Shown: in pieces, positions 8,470 through 16,917 of the stretch
Numbering within the stretch: position 1 is the stretch's first letter
Layout of the letters: every line of letters begins with the position of its first letter
Made by a program: the position numbers and the translations under genes
The notes under the pieces: model-generated
The model's input: only the letters and a program-made list of their open reading frames with translations
Database searches by the model: none
What the model was told of the DNA's origin: nothing
NCBI GenBank assembly: GCA_028713285.1
Contig: JAQTOP010000005.1
Span: 10,682 to 74,681 of the forward strand
Direction of reading: 5' to 3'
DNA: 64,000 nucleotides
DNA from: Terrimicrobiaceae bacterium
Lineage (GTDB): Bacteria > Verrucomicrobiota > Verrucomicrobiia > Chthoniobacterales > JAATET01

Positions 8470-9156
8470 ATGACGTCCGAGGAATTTCCGGCGGCGCTGC
8501 GCGCGGTGGGCGAGCGGGGCTACCACCATCTGCATCCCTTTCACGTGCGCATGAATGCCGGCGAACTCTCGCCCGGCGAGATTCGCACCTGGGTCGCGAA
8601 TCGCTTTTATTATCAACGGAGCATTCCGCTCAAGGACGCCGCGATTTTGAGCAATTGTTCCGAGCGGGACGTGCGCCGGGTCTGGCTGCACCGCATCGTC
8701 GATCACGACGGCGCGGAAGGCGTCGAAGACAGGGCTGGCGGCATTGAGGCGTGGCTGCGGCTGGCGGAGGGCTGCGGACTCGAGCGGGGGAGCGTGCTGG
8801 CCGGCGAGGGGTTGCTGCCTGGCGTGCGCTTCGCGGTGGATGCCTACGTCAATTTCGCCCGCACGCAGCCGTGGCAGATCGCCGTGGCGTCGTCGCTTAC
8901 GGAACTCTTCGCGCCCGATCTCATGGCCGAGCGGTTGGCGGCATTTCGGTGCCACTACACGTGGGTGCCCGATTGGGCGTTCGATTATTTTCAAAGCCGC
9001 GTCACGCAGGCGCGGGTGGACTCGGAGGAGGCGCTCAGCCTCACGCTGCGCTGGTGCGATACGCCGGAGCTGCGCCGGCGGGCGGTGGGCGCGCTGCGAT
9101 TCAAATGCGACGTCCTCTGGTCCTTGCTCGACGCCATCGCCGCCCATGCCTGCTGA
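8470..9156 (+). CDS. pqqC: Pyrroloquinoline-quinone synthase PqqC
   Basis: 'YHHLHPFHVRMNAGELSPGEIRTWVANRFYYQRSIPLKDAAILSNC' is the PqqC signature region. The ATG at 8470 lies inside track ORF 8284..9156. Confidence 0.9.
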   Translation: MTSEEFPAALRAVGERGYHHLHPFHVRMNAGELSPGEIRTWVANRFYYQRSIPLKDAAILSNCSERDVRRVWLHRIVDHDGAEGVEDRAGGIEAWLRLAEGCGLERGSVLAGEGLLPGVRFAVDAYVNFARTQPWQIAVASSLTELFAPDLMAERLAAFRCHYTWVPDWAFDYFQSRVTQARVDSEEALSLTLRWCDTPELRRRAVGALRFKCDVLWSLLDAIAAHAC

Positions 9157-9427
9157 TTCCCAACGCCCCAGGCTCGCTCCGCACGTGCGGCGGCAACTCG
9201 ACCGCCTGACCAGAGCGCCGATGCTGCTGCATCCCGAGGGCGCGGTGGAATTGAGCGAGACCGCCGACGCCATTGTGCGGCTCTGCAATGGAAACCGCAC
9301 CATCGATGAGATCGCCGCCGCCCTTGCCGCGGAATACGAGGCCGAGCCCGGGGAGCTGCGCGGCGAAGTGACGGAATTCCTTGCCGTCCTCGCGGAACGC
9401 GGCCTGCTGGCGGAGGATGGGGCATGA
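9146..9427 (+). CDS. pqqD: PQQ biosynthesis peptide chaperone PqqD
   Basis: 93-aa product '...PMLLHPEGAVELSETADAIVRLCNGNRTIDEIAAALAAEYEAEPGELRGEVTEFLAVLAERGLL'. It overlaps the pqqC stop and the pqqE start. Confidence 0.85.
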   Translation: MPADSQRPRLAPHVRRQLDRLTRAPMLLHPEGAVELSETADAIVRLCNGNRTIDEIAAALAAEYEAEPGELRGEVTEFLAVLAERGLLAEDGA

Positions 9428-10494
9428 GCGCACCGCGGCCATACGGTCTGCTGGCCGAGCTGACCCACTGGTGCCCGTTGAGCTGCCCCTATTGTTCGAA
9501 TCCCCTCGAGCTCGCCGCGCGCCGCGATGAGCTGCCCGCGGAGACGTGGGTGCGCGTGCTTGCGCAGGCTGCGGAGCTGGGAGTGGTGCAGGTCGGGTTT
9601 TCCGGCGGTGAGCCTCTGCTTTATCGCGATCTGCCGCGACTCGTCGCCACGGCGCGGGCGGAAGGCATGTATTCCAATCTCATCACGAGCGGCGTCGGCC
9701 TGGATGCCGGGCGAATCGCCGAGTTGCGCGGCGAAGGCCTCGACGCCGTGCAGATCAGCCTGCAAGCGGATGAAGCGTCGCTCGGCGACGAGGTGGCCGG
9801 CGCTGCGGCGCATGCGCGCAAGCTCGTTGCGGCGCGCGCGGTCGTCGAATCCGGCCTCCCGCTCGGCCTCAATGTCGTGCTGCACCGCCGCAACATCGAC
9901 CGCCTCGAGGCGATCATCGCGCTGGCCGCATCCCTCGGCGCGATGCGGCTGGAACTCGCGAACACGCAATTCTACGGCTGGGCGTTTCGCAACCGCGCGG
10001 CGCTGATTCCCACTCGCGATCAGGTCCTGCGCGCCGAACGGATCGCCGCCCGCGAAGCCGCGCGATTCGCCGGGCGCATGCAGGTGATCTACGTGCTGCC
10101 CGATTACCATGAGCGGCGTCCGAAGCCCTGCCTGCATGGATGGGGCGCCCGTTCCCTCACCGTGAATCCGCGCGGCGACGCGCTGCCGTGCCAGGCGGCG
10201 AATGCGATTCCCGGTCTCGCATTCGACAACGTGCGCGCACACAGCCTCGCGTGGATCTGGCGCGAAGGCGATGCTTTCAACCGCTTTCGCGGATTCGACT
10301 GGATGCCCGAGCCGTGCCGGAGCTGCCCGGAGCGCGAGCGGGACTTCGGAGGCTGCCGTTGCCAGGCCGCGCTCCTCGCCGGCGACGCCGCGCGCACCGA
10401 TCCGGTATGCGAATTCTCGCCGGATCGACCGCTCGTCGATGCGTTGCTCGCCGACGCCGCCCGGAATGAGGCGGCGTGGACCTATCGCGGCTGA
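9424..10494 (+). CDS. pqqE: PQQ biosynthesis radical SAM/SPASM enzyme PqqE
   Basis: Radical SAM motif 'CPLSCPYCSN' at the N-terminus, and a C-terminal SPASM-type Cys cluster ('CLHGWGARSLTVNPRGDALPC', 'CRSCPERERDFGGCRCQA'). Confidence 0.9.
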   Translation: MSAPRPYGLLAELTHWCPLSCPYCSNPLELAARRDELPAETWVRVLAQAAELGVVQVGFSGGEPLLYRDLPRLVATARAEGMYSNLITSGVGLDAGRIAELRGEGLDAVQISLQADEASLGDEVAGAAAHARKLVAARAVVESGLPLGLNVVLHRRNIDRLEAIIALAASLGAMRLELANTQFYGWAFRNRAALIPTRDQVLRAERIAAREAARFAGRMQVIYVLPDYHERRPKPCLHGWGARSLTVNPRGDALPCQAANAIPGLAFDNVRAHSLAWIWREGDAFNRFRGFDWMPEPCRSCPERERDFGGCRCQAALLAGDAARTDPVCEFSPDRPLVDALLADAARNEAAWTYRG

Positions 10495-10498
10495 CCGT

Positions 10499-10939
10499 TC
10501 AGTGCGTCGCGGCGACCTCCGCAGCGGTGGTGACTTCCGTCGCGCCGCCGTAGCGCTGGCGGACGAACGTGACGACCGCCGCGATCTCGGCGTCGGACAA
10601 GCCTGCGGTCGCCGGCATGATCCCGCCAAACTTTTTTCCATTCACGACGCTGGTATTCCGCATTCCGTCCACGATGGCGGCGATCAAGGCCCGGGGATGG
10701 TCCCGCACCATTGCCGAGCCGATCAATGGGGGCGCCGCCTGGCTGTCCGCGCCATTGAAATGGCACATGGCGCAGCTCTGCTCGTAGAGAGCCGCGCCGT
10801 CCGCCGGGGCATTGTCCGATGAGACGGTCGAAGCGCGCGGCGGCGGCGAGCAGGCCGCAAGCGTCAAAACGGCGAGCGCGTATTGCGCGGCCAGCGCGGA
10901 TTGCTTAGCATCGGCCTTCAAGCATGAGAGCCAGGTCAT
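10499..10939 (-). CDS. Class I c-type cytochrome, probable lipoprotein
   Basis: Heme-binding CAMCH motif, a distal 'GGIMP' Met ligand region, and a lipobox-like 'LTLAAC'. It is convergent with pqqE and divergent from the PQQ sugar dehydrogenase. Confidence 0.8.
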   Translation of the reverse strand: MTWLSCLKADAKQSALAAQYALAVLTLAACSPPPRASTVSSDNAPADGAALYEQSCAMCHFNGADSQAAPPLIGSAMVRDHPRALIAAIVDGMRNTSVVNGKKFGGIMPATAGLSDAEIAAVVTFVRQRYGGATEVTTAAEVAATH

Positions 10940-12066
10940 TAGTCTTTGGAACCGTCGGGATGTTGCTGAGCGCGGGATGGCTCGGTGCGCAGCAGCCGGA
11001 AGTCATCGCGTCGGAAAGGGCGCGATTCAAGATCGAAGTGTTGGCCGATGGGCTCGACCATCCGTGGGGCATGGTGAAGCTTCCGGACGGGCGATTCCTC
11101 GTCACCGAACGGCCCGGAAGGCTGCGCGTGATTGCGGGCGGCAAGCTCCTGCCGGAGCCGATCAAGGGCATCCCGCCGGTATTCGCGCGCGGGCAGGGCG
11201 GCCTGCTCGATATTCAGCTCCACCCCGACTACGCGAAAAACGGCTGGATTTATCTTTCGCTCGCCGATCCGCAGGGTGACAAGGGGCTCACCAAGGTCAT
11301 TCGCGGTCGGATCAAGGACGGCGTGTGGGTCGATCAGCAAACCATCTTCCAGGCGCCTGCGGATCAATACGTCCCGGGAGGCAATCACTTCGGCTGCCGC
11401 ATGCAGTTCGACGGCAAGGGGTTTCTTTTCTTTTCGGTCGGCGAGCGCGGGGATGTCACCACGCCGGCGAACAACGCGCAAAAGCTTACGAACGTCAAAG
11501 GCAAGATTCACCGCCTTCGCGACGACGGCAAGGTGCCGATGGACAATCCATTTTACAAGACGCCTGGCGCGACGCAGTCCATCTGGAGCTGGGGCCATCG
11601 GAATCCGCAAGGGCTGCATTTCGACCGCTACGGCACGCTTTGGGAGGCGGAGCACGGACCGCGCGGCGGCGATGAATTGAACGTCATCCGCAAGGGGCTG
11701 AACTACGGCTGGCCCCTCGTGACGTTCGGCATAAACTACAGCGGAACTCCGATTACCGACAAAACTTCCGCCCCCGGCATGGAGTCGCCGGTGATCCATT
11801 GGACGCCTTCCATTGCGGTGGGGGGAATCGACTTCTACCACGGCAGCGAGTTCCCGGCGTGGAATGGCAATCTCTTCGCGACGGCTCTCGCTCACCAGAA
11901 ACTCGTGCGCATGGAAATCGACGCGTCGAATCATGTGACGCACCAGGAAATTCTGCTCGAAAAGACGGGCCGCATGCGCGACATCCGATGCTACGACGAC
12001 GGCTCCCTTTATCTCATCTACGACGATCCCGGAAAGATCGTGCGGCTCGTGCCGGCTGGCGGCTGA
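10924..12066 (+). CDS. PQQ-dependent sugar dehydrogenase (soluble glucose/sorbosone dehydrogenase, YliI-like beta-propeller)
   Basis: 'LDHPWGMVKLPDGRFLVTERPGRLRVI', 'GQGGLLDIQLHPDY', 'HFGCRMQFDGKGFLFFSVGERGD', 'WSWGHRNPQGLHFD...LWEAEHGPRGGDELN' and 'NYGWP' are hallmark sGDH-family blocks. An alternative start at 10960 would remove the 16-nt overlap with the cytochrome gene. Confidence 0.85.
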   Translation: MRARSLVFGTVGMLLSAGWLGAQQPEVIASERARFKIEVLADGLDHPWGMVKLPDGRFLVTERPGRLRVIAGGKLLPEPIKGIPPVFARGQGGLLDIQLHPDYAKNGWIYLSLADPQGDKGLTKVIRGRIKDGVWVDQQTIFQAPADQYVPGGNHFGCRMQFDGKGFLFFSVGERGDVTTPANNAQKLTNVKGKIHRLRDDGKVPMDNPFYKTPGATQSIWSWGHRNPQGLHFDRYGTLWEAEHGPRGGDELNVIRKGLNYGWPLVTFGINYSGTPITDKTSAPGMESPVIHWTPSIAVGGIDFYHGSEFPAWNGNLFATALAHQKLVRMEIDASNHVTHQEILLEKTGRMRDIRCYDDGSLYLIYDDPGKIVRLVPAGG

Positions 12067-12084
12067 ACACCCTTCGACGATGGA

Positions 12085-12606
12085 CTATTGCTTTTTTCCG
12101 GTGAAGGAAATGTTCAGCACACTGCGGATGAAAGGAAACGTCCGGGTGAGCGTCCCGCTGACGGTCAGGCCCGTTGCCGTGGCGTGCAATTTGGCGGACA
12201 GACCCGCCGTGCCGGAGTAAAGTGGGCCGGACCCGGTGAGGGTGCCCTTCTTGCCGCTGGCGGTTGCGCGGCCCGCGCCCGTCACCGTTCCGAGGATCAA
12301 GTTGCTCACCGTGAATTTGGCATTGCCATTGGACACCGACCTGGCGGAGCCGTTGATCGCGCTGCCGAGGAACGAAGTCTTCAACGTGAGCGTGGCCTTG
12401 TTGCCGGGTCCCGCGGTGATCTTGACCGTCGCCTTGCCCGCGTAGCTCTTTCCGTCCGAGTCCGCGCTTTTCCACTGGCCGGCATACGTGCCTGCGAGGG
12501 CACTCCAATCCGCCCGCGCGGACGATGCCAGCCCGAGTAATGAACTGAGAATCGCCGCAAAGAACGCGACGCGAAAATCGATCCGCCGATGATTCATAAG
12601 CCACAC
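12085..12606 (-). CDS. Secreted hypothetical protein (G/T/S-rich beta protein)
   Basis: Signal peptide 'FRVAFFAAILSSLLGLASSARA'. No family recognised. The codon bias matches neighbouring genes. Confidence 0.55.
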   Translation of the reverse strand: MWLMNHRRIDFRVAFFAAILSSLLGLASSARADWSALAGTYAGQWKSADSDGKSYAGKATVKITAGPGNKATLTLKTSFLGSAINGSARSVSNGNAKFTVSNLILGTVTGAGRATASGKKGTLTGSGPLYSGTAGLSAKLHATATGLTVSGTLTRTFPFIRSVLNISFTGKKQ

Positions 12607-12743
12607 GGTAGGGCGACCGGTTAGCTGGTCAAGCGAAAGGCGACGCTGTCGGCCCGCGGCTGATTTGCGAATTGAAATATGGCGGAATTGTCACATGATG
12701 CTGCATTCGTGCGGTCCGGATTTCGGTCCGCCCGTGAGGAATC

Positions 12744-13283
12744 ATGCTCAAGCCGCTACCATTTACCGATTCGCTCCTGCGCGCGCTCAGCGCCCTGGTG
12801 CCGGACCTCCGTGTGCAGATCGCGACCTCCACGCTGCTCCGCGGTGAGACCGCCAAGGGCCGCTACGACATCCGGCTCTCCGATGACGGACGCGAGTTGC
12901 GCACCTCGTTCGTTGCGAAAGGCCGCAACCCGCTCAAACAAAGCAAGCTGCTCCTGCGCGCGCCGCTCGGAGACGCCGAGGCGATCCAGGCGCACGCCGT
13001 CGTGATCCGTGAAAACGAGCATAGCCTGCCGTGGATCCACCGTGCGCACGACCCGAAACTTGGCGATGAAATCGTGACCGTGAAGCCTTTCGGCGACGAC
13101 GCGAACGGGCCAGTCGTCGCAGTGCGCACGAGCGCGCTTACCGGCTTCGTTTCCCTCGAGGTGCAGAACGCTCGTGAAATGAGTCCCGCCGAGGCGCGGC
13201 TCGTCGCGAAGGCGCTGGCGAAGGCTGCGAAGTTTGCCGCCGCGAGCCGGGCTGAACCGGTCGCGCTCTCCGAGGCCGCCTAA
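12744..13283 (+). CDS. Hypothetical protein
   Basis: 179-aa ORF with protein-like composition. It is convergent with fcl and overlaps it by 4 nt. No recognisable motif. Confidence 0.5.
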   Translation: MLKPLPFTDSLLRALSALVPDLRVQIATSTLLRGETAKGRYDIRLSDDGRELRTSFVAKGRNPLKQSKLLLRAPLGDAEAIQAHAVVIRENEHSLPWIHRAHDPKLGDEIVTVKPFGDDANGPVVAVRTSALTGFVSLEVQNAREMSPAEARLVAKALAKAAKFAAASRAEPVALSEAA

Positions 13284-14221
13284 CCGCCGGTCGGCTCGAC
13301 GTTCTCGAGATACCACGCATACGCGCCTGCGATCCCCTCGCGAAGCGGCACGCGGGGACGCCACCCGAGCCCGAAGAGCTTTGTCATATCGAGCAGTTTG
13401 CGCGGCGTTCCGTCGGGTTTCGTCGTGTCGAACTCTAGCGCCCCGCCGAAGCCGATCACGTCGCACACCGTCTCCGCCAGTTCGCGGATCGTCACGTCCT
13501 CGCCGCAACCGATATTCACGATTTCCGGCGAGTCATAATTCTGGAGGAGGAAGTAACAGGCGTCGGCGAGATCATCGACGTGGAGGAATTCGCGCCTCGG
13601 CGTGCCCGTGCCCCAGATCGGCACGGTCGCTGCGCCGGACTGTTTTGCGAGGTGGACCTTGCGAATGAGGGCCGGCAGCACATGCGAGGTGCGCAGGTCG
13701 AAGTTGTCGTTCGGCCCGTAGAGATTCGTGGGCATGCCGCTGATAAAATTGCACCCATACTCGCGAGCGTAGGCCTGGCACAGTTTGACTCCCGCGATTT
13801 TCGCGAGGGCATACGGCTCGTTGGTCGGCTCGAGGATGCCGGTGAGCAGCGCGCTCTCGGGAATCGGCTGCGGCGCGAATTTCGGATAAATGCACGAGCT
13901 GCCGAGGAAGAGCAGTTTGCGCACGTCGAACTCGTTCGCCGCGGAGATGAGATTGTTTTGAATCTGCAAGTTCTCGAGCAGGAATTCGACGGGCTGCTCA
14001 TGGTTCGCAACGATGCCGCCGACCTTTGCCGCCGCGACCACCACGACCGCCGGTCGCTCTGCTTCGTAAAACGCACTCACAGCGTCTGCGTCCAATAAAT
14101 CCAGCTCCGCGCGGGATCGGAAGAGGATTTTCGCGAAGCCCTCGGCCTGCAGCTTTCGCACCATCGCGCTGCCGACCATTCCCCGGTGCCCCGCGACGTA
14201 AATAGCCTCGTTTTTCTCCAT
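13280..14221 (-). CDS. fcl: GDP-L-fucose synthase (GDP-4-keto-6-deoxy-D-mannose epimerase/reductase)
   Basis: 'IYVAGHRGMVGSA', 'VVVAAAKVGGIVANHEQPVEFLLENLQIQNNLI', 'KLLFLGSSCIYPKFAPQPIPE' and 'NEPYALAKIAG' are classic Fcl/WcaG blocks. The start at MEKNE (14221) lies inside track ORF 13280..14263. Confidence 0.9.
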   Translation of the reverse strand: MEKNEAIYVAGHRGMVGSAMVRKLQAEGFAKILFRSRAELDLLDADAVSAFYEAERPAVVVVAAAKVGGIVANHEQPVEFLLENLQIQNNLISAANEFDVRKLLFLGSSCIYPKFAPQPIPESALLTGILEPTNEPYALAKIAGVKLCQAYAREYGCNFISGMPTNLYGPNDNFDLRTSHVLPALIRKVHLAKQSGAATVPIWGTGTPRREFLHVDDLADACYFLLQNYDSPEIVNIGCGEDVTIRELAETVCDVIGFGGALEFDTTKPDGTPRKLLDMTKLFGLGWRPRVPLREGIAGAYAWYLENVEPTGG

Positions 14222-14253
14222 GCGCGCCGTATGCTGCCGATTCGTTCGCACCT

Positions 14254-15120
14254 GTGAAAGCAAAACGACTCGCCGTTCTCAAGACTTACAAGCTCTTTAT
14301 CGGCGGCGCCTTTCCCCGCAGCGAAAGCGGCCGCGTCCTCCCCGCGCGCGGCACCGATGGCAAAACGCCGCTTGGCAACTATGCCCATGCCTCGCGCAAG
14401 GATTTCCGCGACGCCGTCGCGAAGGCCCGCGCCGCCCAGCCGAAATGGGCCTCCGCTAGCGCCTACCTGCGCGGCCAGATTCTCTATCGCGCCGCCGAGC
14501 TGCTCGAATGCCGCCGCGCGGAACTCGAGTTCGAATTGCGCCGCGCCGCGGGCGGGGACGCCGCCGGCGAAGTCACGGCCGCCATCGACCGGCTCGTCCA
14601 CTATGCCGGCTGGACCGACAAATACGGTCAGGTCTTCTCGGCGGTGAATCCGGTCGCCTCGCCGCACTTCAACTTCACGTTCCCCGAGCCGACCGGCGTC
14701 GTCGGCGTCGTCTGCCCCGACGCGCCGCCCCTGCTCGCGCTCGCCGGCCTCATCGCGCCGGCGATCCTGTCGGGCAATGCGGTCGTCGCGCTCGCCTCGG
14801 AACGGCATCCGCTGCCCGCGGTGACCTTCGCGGAAATCCTCGCCACGAGCGACGTGCCCGGCGGTGTCGTGAACATTCTCACCGGCATGCGGGCCGAACT
14901 CGCGCCGCAATTCGCCGACCACATGGACGTGAATGCGGTGATCGACGGCGCGGGCGACGAGGCCATTGGCAGGACGCTGCAGGCCGGCGGAGCGCTGAAT
15001 CTCAAGCGCTACGCCGATCACTCGCTCGCGCCGCGCGAGTGGATGGAAACGCCGGGAAATCCGTATTGGATCCTCGACTCGGTCGAAATGAAGACCGTCT
15101 GGCACCCGATGGGTGTCTGA
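14254..15120 (+). CDS. Aldehyde dehydrogenase-like protein, cofactor-binding domain only (catalytic domain absent)
   Basis: 'KLFIGGAFPRSESG', 'AVAKARAAQPKW', 'RGQILYRAAELLE' and 'EPTGVVGVVCPDAPPLLALAGLIAPAILSGNAVV' match the N-terminal half of ALDHs. At 288 aa the protein ends without the ELGGK Glu or the catalytic Cys blocks. Confidence 0.7.
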   Translation: MKAKRLAVLKTYKLFIGGAFPRSESGRVLPARGTDGKTPLGNYAHASRKDFRDAVAKARAAQPKWASASAYLRGQILYRAAELLECRRAELEFELRRAAGGDAAGEVTAAIDRLVHYAGWTDKYGQVFSAVNPVASPHFNFTFPEPTGVVGVVCPDAPPLLALAGLIAPAILSGNAVVALASERHPLPAVTFAEILATSDVPGGVVNILTGMRAELAPQFADHMDVNAVIDGAGDEAIGRTLQAGGALNLKRYADHSLAPREWMETPGNPYWILDSVEMKTVWHPMGV

Positions 15121-15132
15121 CGACCGTGAATC

Positions 15133-16293
15133 GTGACGGGTGAATCCGAACGCCGAGCCCTCCTCCTCGTCCTCGACAGCGTCGGCTGTGGTTACGCGCC
15201 GGACGCGGCGGCCTATGGCGACGAAGGCGCGAACACGCTCGGCCACATTCTCGAACGCCGGCCGCAGCCGAGGCTGTCCGCGCTCGAGTCCCTGGGCCTG
15301 CACCAGGCGCTGACCCTCGCGCGCGGCGAAACGCCCTGCTCGCTGCCGCTCGTTGGCGCGGTCGGCGCGCTCACCGAGCGCTCCGCGGGCAAGGATACGA
15401 CGACCGGCCACTGGGAACTCGCCGGCGCGATAATCGACGAAGCCTTCGCGACATTCGAGCGATTCCCGGATGCACTGGTGCGCGCCATTGAAGCCGAGGC
15501 CGGCGTGGAATTCATCGGGAACCGCGCCGCGAGCGGCACCGCGATTCTCGACGCGCTCGGTCCCGAGCATGTCGCAACGGGCCGACCGATCCTTTACACC
15601 TCCGCCGATTCGGTGCTGCAAATCGCCGCGCACGAGGAGGTCATTCCCATCGACCGGCTCTACGAAATCTGCCGCATCGCGCGGCGGCATTGCGACGCGT
15701 GGCGGATCGGACGCGTGATCGCCCGTCCGTTTCTTTCCGACGAAGGCGATTTCAGACGGACCGCCCACCGGCGCGACTTTTCCCTGGCGCCGCCGCGCAC
15801 CGTGCTGAACGCGCTTGATGATGCCGGCGTGTCGGTGATCGGCGTTGGGAAAATTTCCGACATCTTCGCCGGCAGCGGCATCACCGGGTCGCATCCAACG
15901 AAATCGAATGCCGCCGGCATGGCGGCCATCGAGCGGCTCTGGATGGAACGGCGGGGCGGGCTCATCTTCGCGAATCTCGTCGATTTCGACATGCACTTCG
16001 GACATCGTCGCGACGTGGAAGGCTATGCGCGGGCGCTCGAAGAGTTCGACCGGTGGCTGGGAGCATTTCTGCCGCGGGTCGAGGCGGGGGATCTCGTGCT
16101 GATCACGGCGGATCACGGCAATGACCCCACCTGGAGCGGGACGGACCACACGCGCGAACGCGTTCCGGTTTTCATGCTGCCCTCGGCGCCGTCCCTGCTC
16201 GGCGTGCGCGATACCTTTGCCGACGTCGCGGCGACTCTGGCTGCGCATTTCGGCCTTCCCCCGTGGCCGTGCGGTCATACGCTGACGCCGTGA
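15133..16293 (+). CDS. deoB: Phosphopentomutase
   Basis: 'LLVLDSVGCGYAPDAAAYGDEGANTLGHI', 'GKDTTTGHWELAG', 'FANLVDFDMHFGHRRD' and 'ITADHGNDPT' are canonical DeoB metal and active-site blocks. Confidence 0.9.
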   Translation: MTGESERRALLLVLDSVGCGYAPDAAAYGDEGANTLGHILERRPQPRLSALESLGLHQALTLARGETPCSLPLVGAVGALTERSAGKDTTTGHWELAGAIIDEAFATFERFPDALVRAIEAEAGVEFIGNRAASGTAILDALGPEHVATGRPILYTSADSVLQIAAHEEVIPIDRLYEICRIARRHCDAWRIGRVIARPFLSDEGDFRRTAHRRDFSLAPPRTVLNALDDAGVSVIGVGKISDIFAGSGITGSHPTKSNAAGMAAIERLWMERRGGLIFANLVDFDMHFGHRRDVEGYARALEEFDRWLGAFLPRVEAGDLVLITADHGNDPTWSGTDHTRERVPVFMLPSAPSLLGVRDTFADVAATLAAHFGLPPWPCGHTLTP

Positions 16294-16904
16294 ACCGCTG
16301 TCCCTGGAGCGGGGCCGATCCCGCGAACATTCGCTATCACGACGAGGAATGGGGCGTGCCTGCGCACGACGACCGGCATCTGTTTGAAATGCTCATCCTC
16401 GAGGGCGCCCAGGCCGGCCTGAGCTGGCTCACGATCCTGCGCAAGCGCGAGAATTACCGCCGCGCGTTTTTCGGCTTCGACGCGTCGCGCATTGCGAAAT
16501 TCACCGAGCGCGACATCGCCCGCTGCCTGGCGGACCCCGGTATCGTCCGCAATCGTCTCAAGATTCAGTCCGCTGTGATCAACGCGCGCGGCTATCTCGC
16601 CGTCGTCGAGGAATTCGGCTCGTTCGACAGCTACCTGTGGCGCTTCGTGGACGGCTCGCCGATTCAGAATGCATTCCGCTCGATGCAGGATGTGCCCGCA
16701 TGCACGGCGGAATCCGACGCGATGGCGAAGGATTTGAAGCGGCGCAGCTTCAAGTTCGTCGGCTCGACGATCTGCTACGCGTTCATGCAGGCCGTCGGGA
16801 TGGTGAACGATCATCTCGTGACCTGCCCGCGCTGGAAGCCGCTCGGCGGCCGCCGCCACATAAAAAAAGCCGCCCCTCGCGAGGGCGGCTCTTTTTTGAA
16901 TTGA
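16290..16904 (+). CDS. tag: DNA-3-methyladenine glycosylase I
   Basis: 'RCPWSGADPANIRYHDEEWGVPAHDDRHLFEMLILEGAQAGLSWLTILRKRENYRRAF' is the Tag signature. The GTG at 16290 overlaps the deoB stop (GTGA). The last ~20 codons run through a terminator hairpin, so the true C-terminus is uncertain. Confidence 0.85.
   Translation: MNRCPWSGADPANIRYHDEEWGVPAHDDRHLFEMLILEGAQAGLSWLTILRKRENYRRAFFGFDASRIAKFTERDIARCLADPGIVRNRLKIQSAVINARGYLAVVEEFGSFDSYLWRFVDGSPIQNAFRSMQDVPACTAESDAMAKDLKRRSFKFVGSTICYAFMQAVGMVNDHLVTCPRWKPLGGRRHIKKAAPREGGSFLN
16862..16897. terminator. Bidirectional rho-independent terminator between convergent tag and aminotransferase genes
   Basis: The sequence AAAAAAA-GCCGCCC-ctcgcga-GGGCGGC-TCTTTTTT forms a 7-bp GC stem flanked by an A-tract and a T-tract. 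Confidence 0.6.
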
Positions 16905-16917
16905 GCGCGAGCGGAAC

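Noticed and set aside
8362-10641. 759-aa ORF antisense to pqqC-pqqD-pqqE
   Set aside because: It lies opposite a strongly supported pqq operon. It is rich in Arg, Ala and Pro with low complexity and no recognisable domain.
10924-10939. 16-nt head-to-head overlap of the cytochrome c and PQQ dehydrogenase coding regions as a regulatory feature
   Set aside because: This is most simply a start-codon assignment artefact. The dehydrogenase has an in-frame Met at 10960 that still precedes its signal-like hydrophobic segment.
14077-16278. 733-aa ORF antisense to the ALDH-like gene and deoB
   Set aside because: Shadow ORF in high-GC DNA. The sense-strand genes have canonical catalytic motifs.
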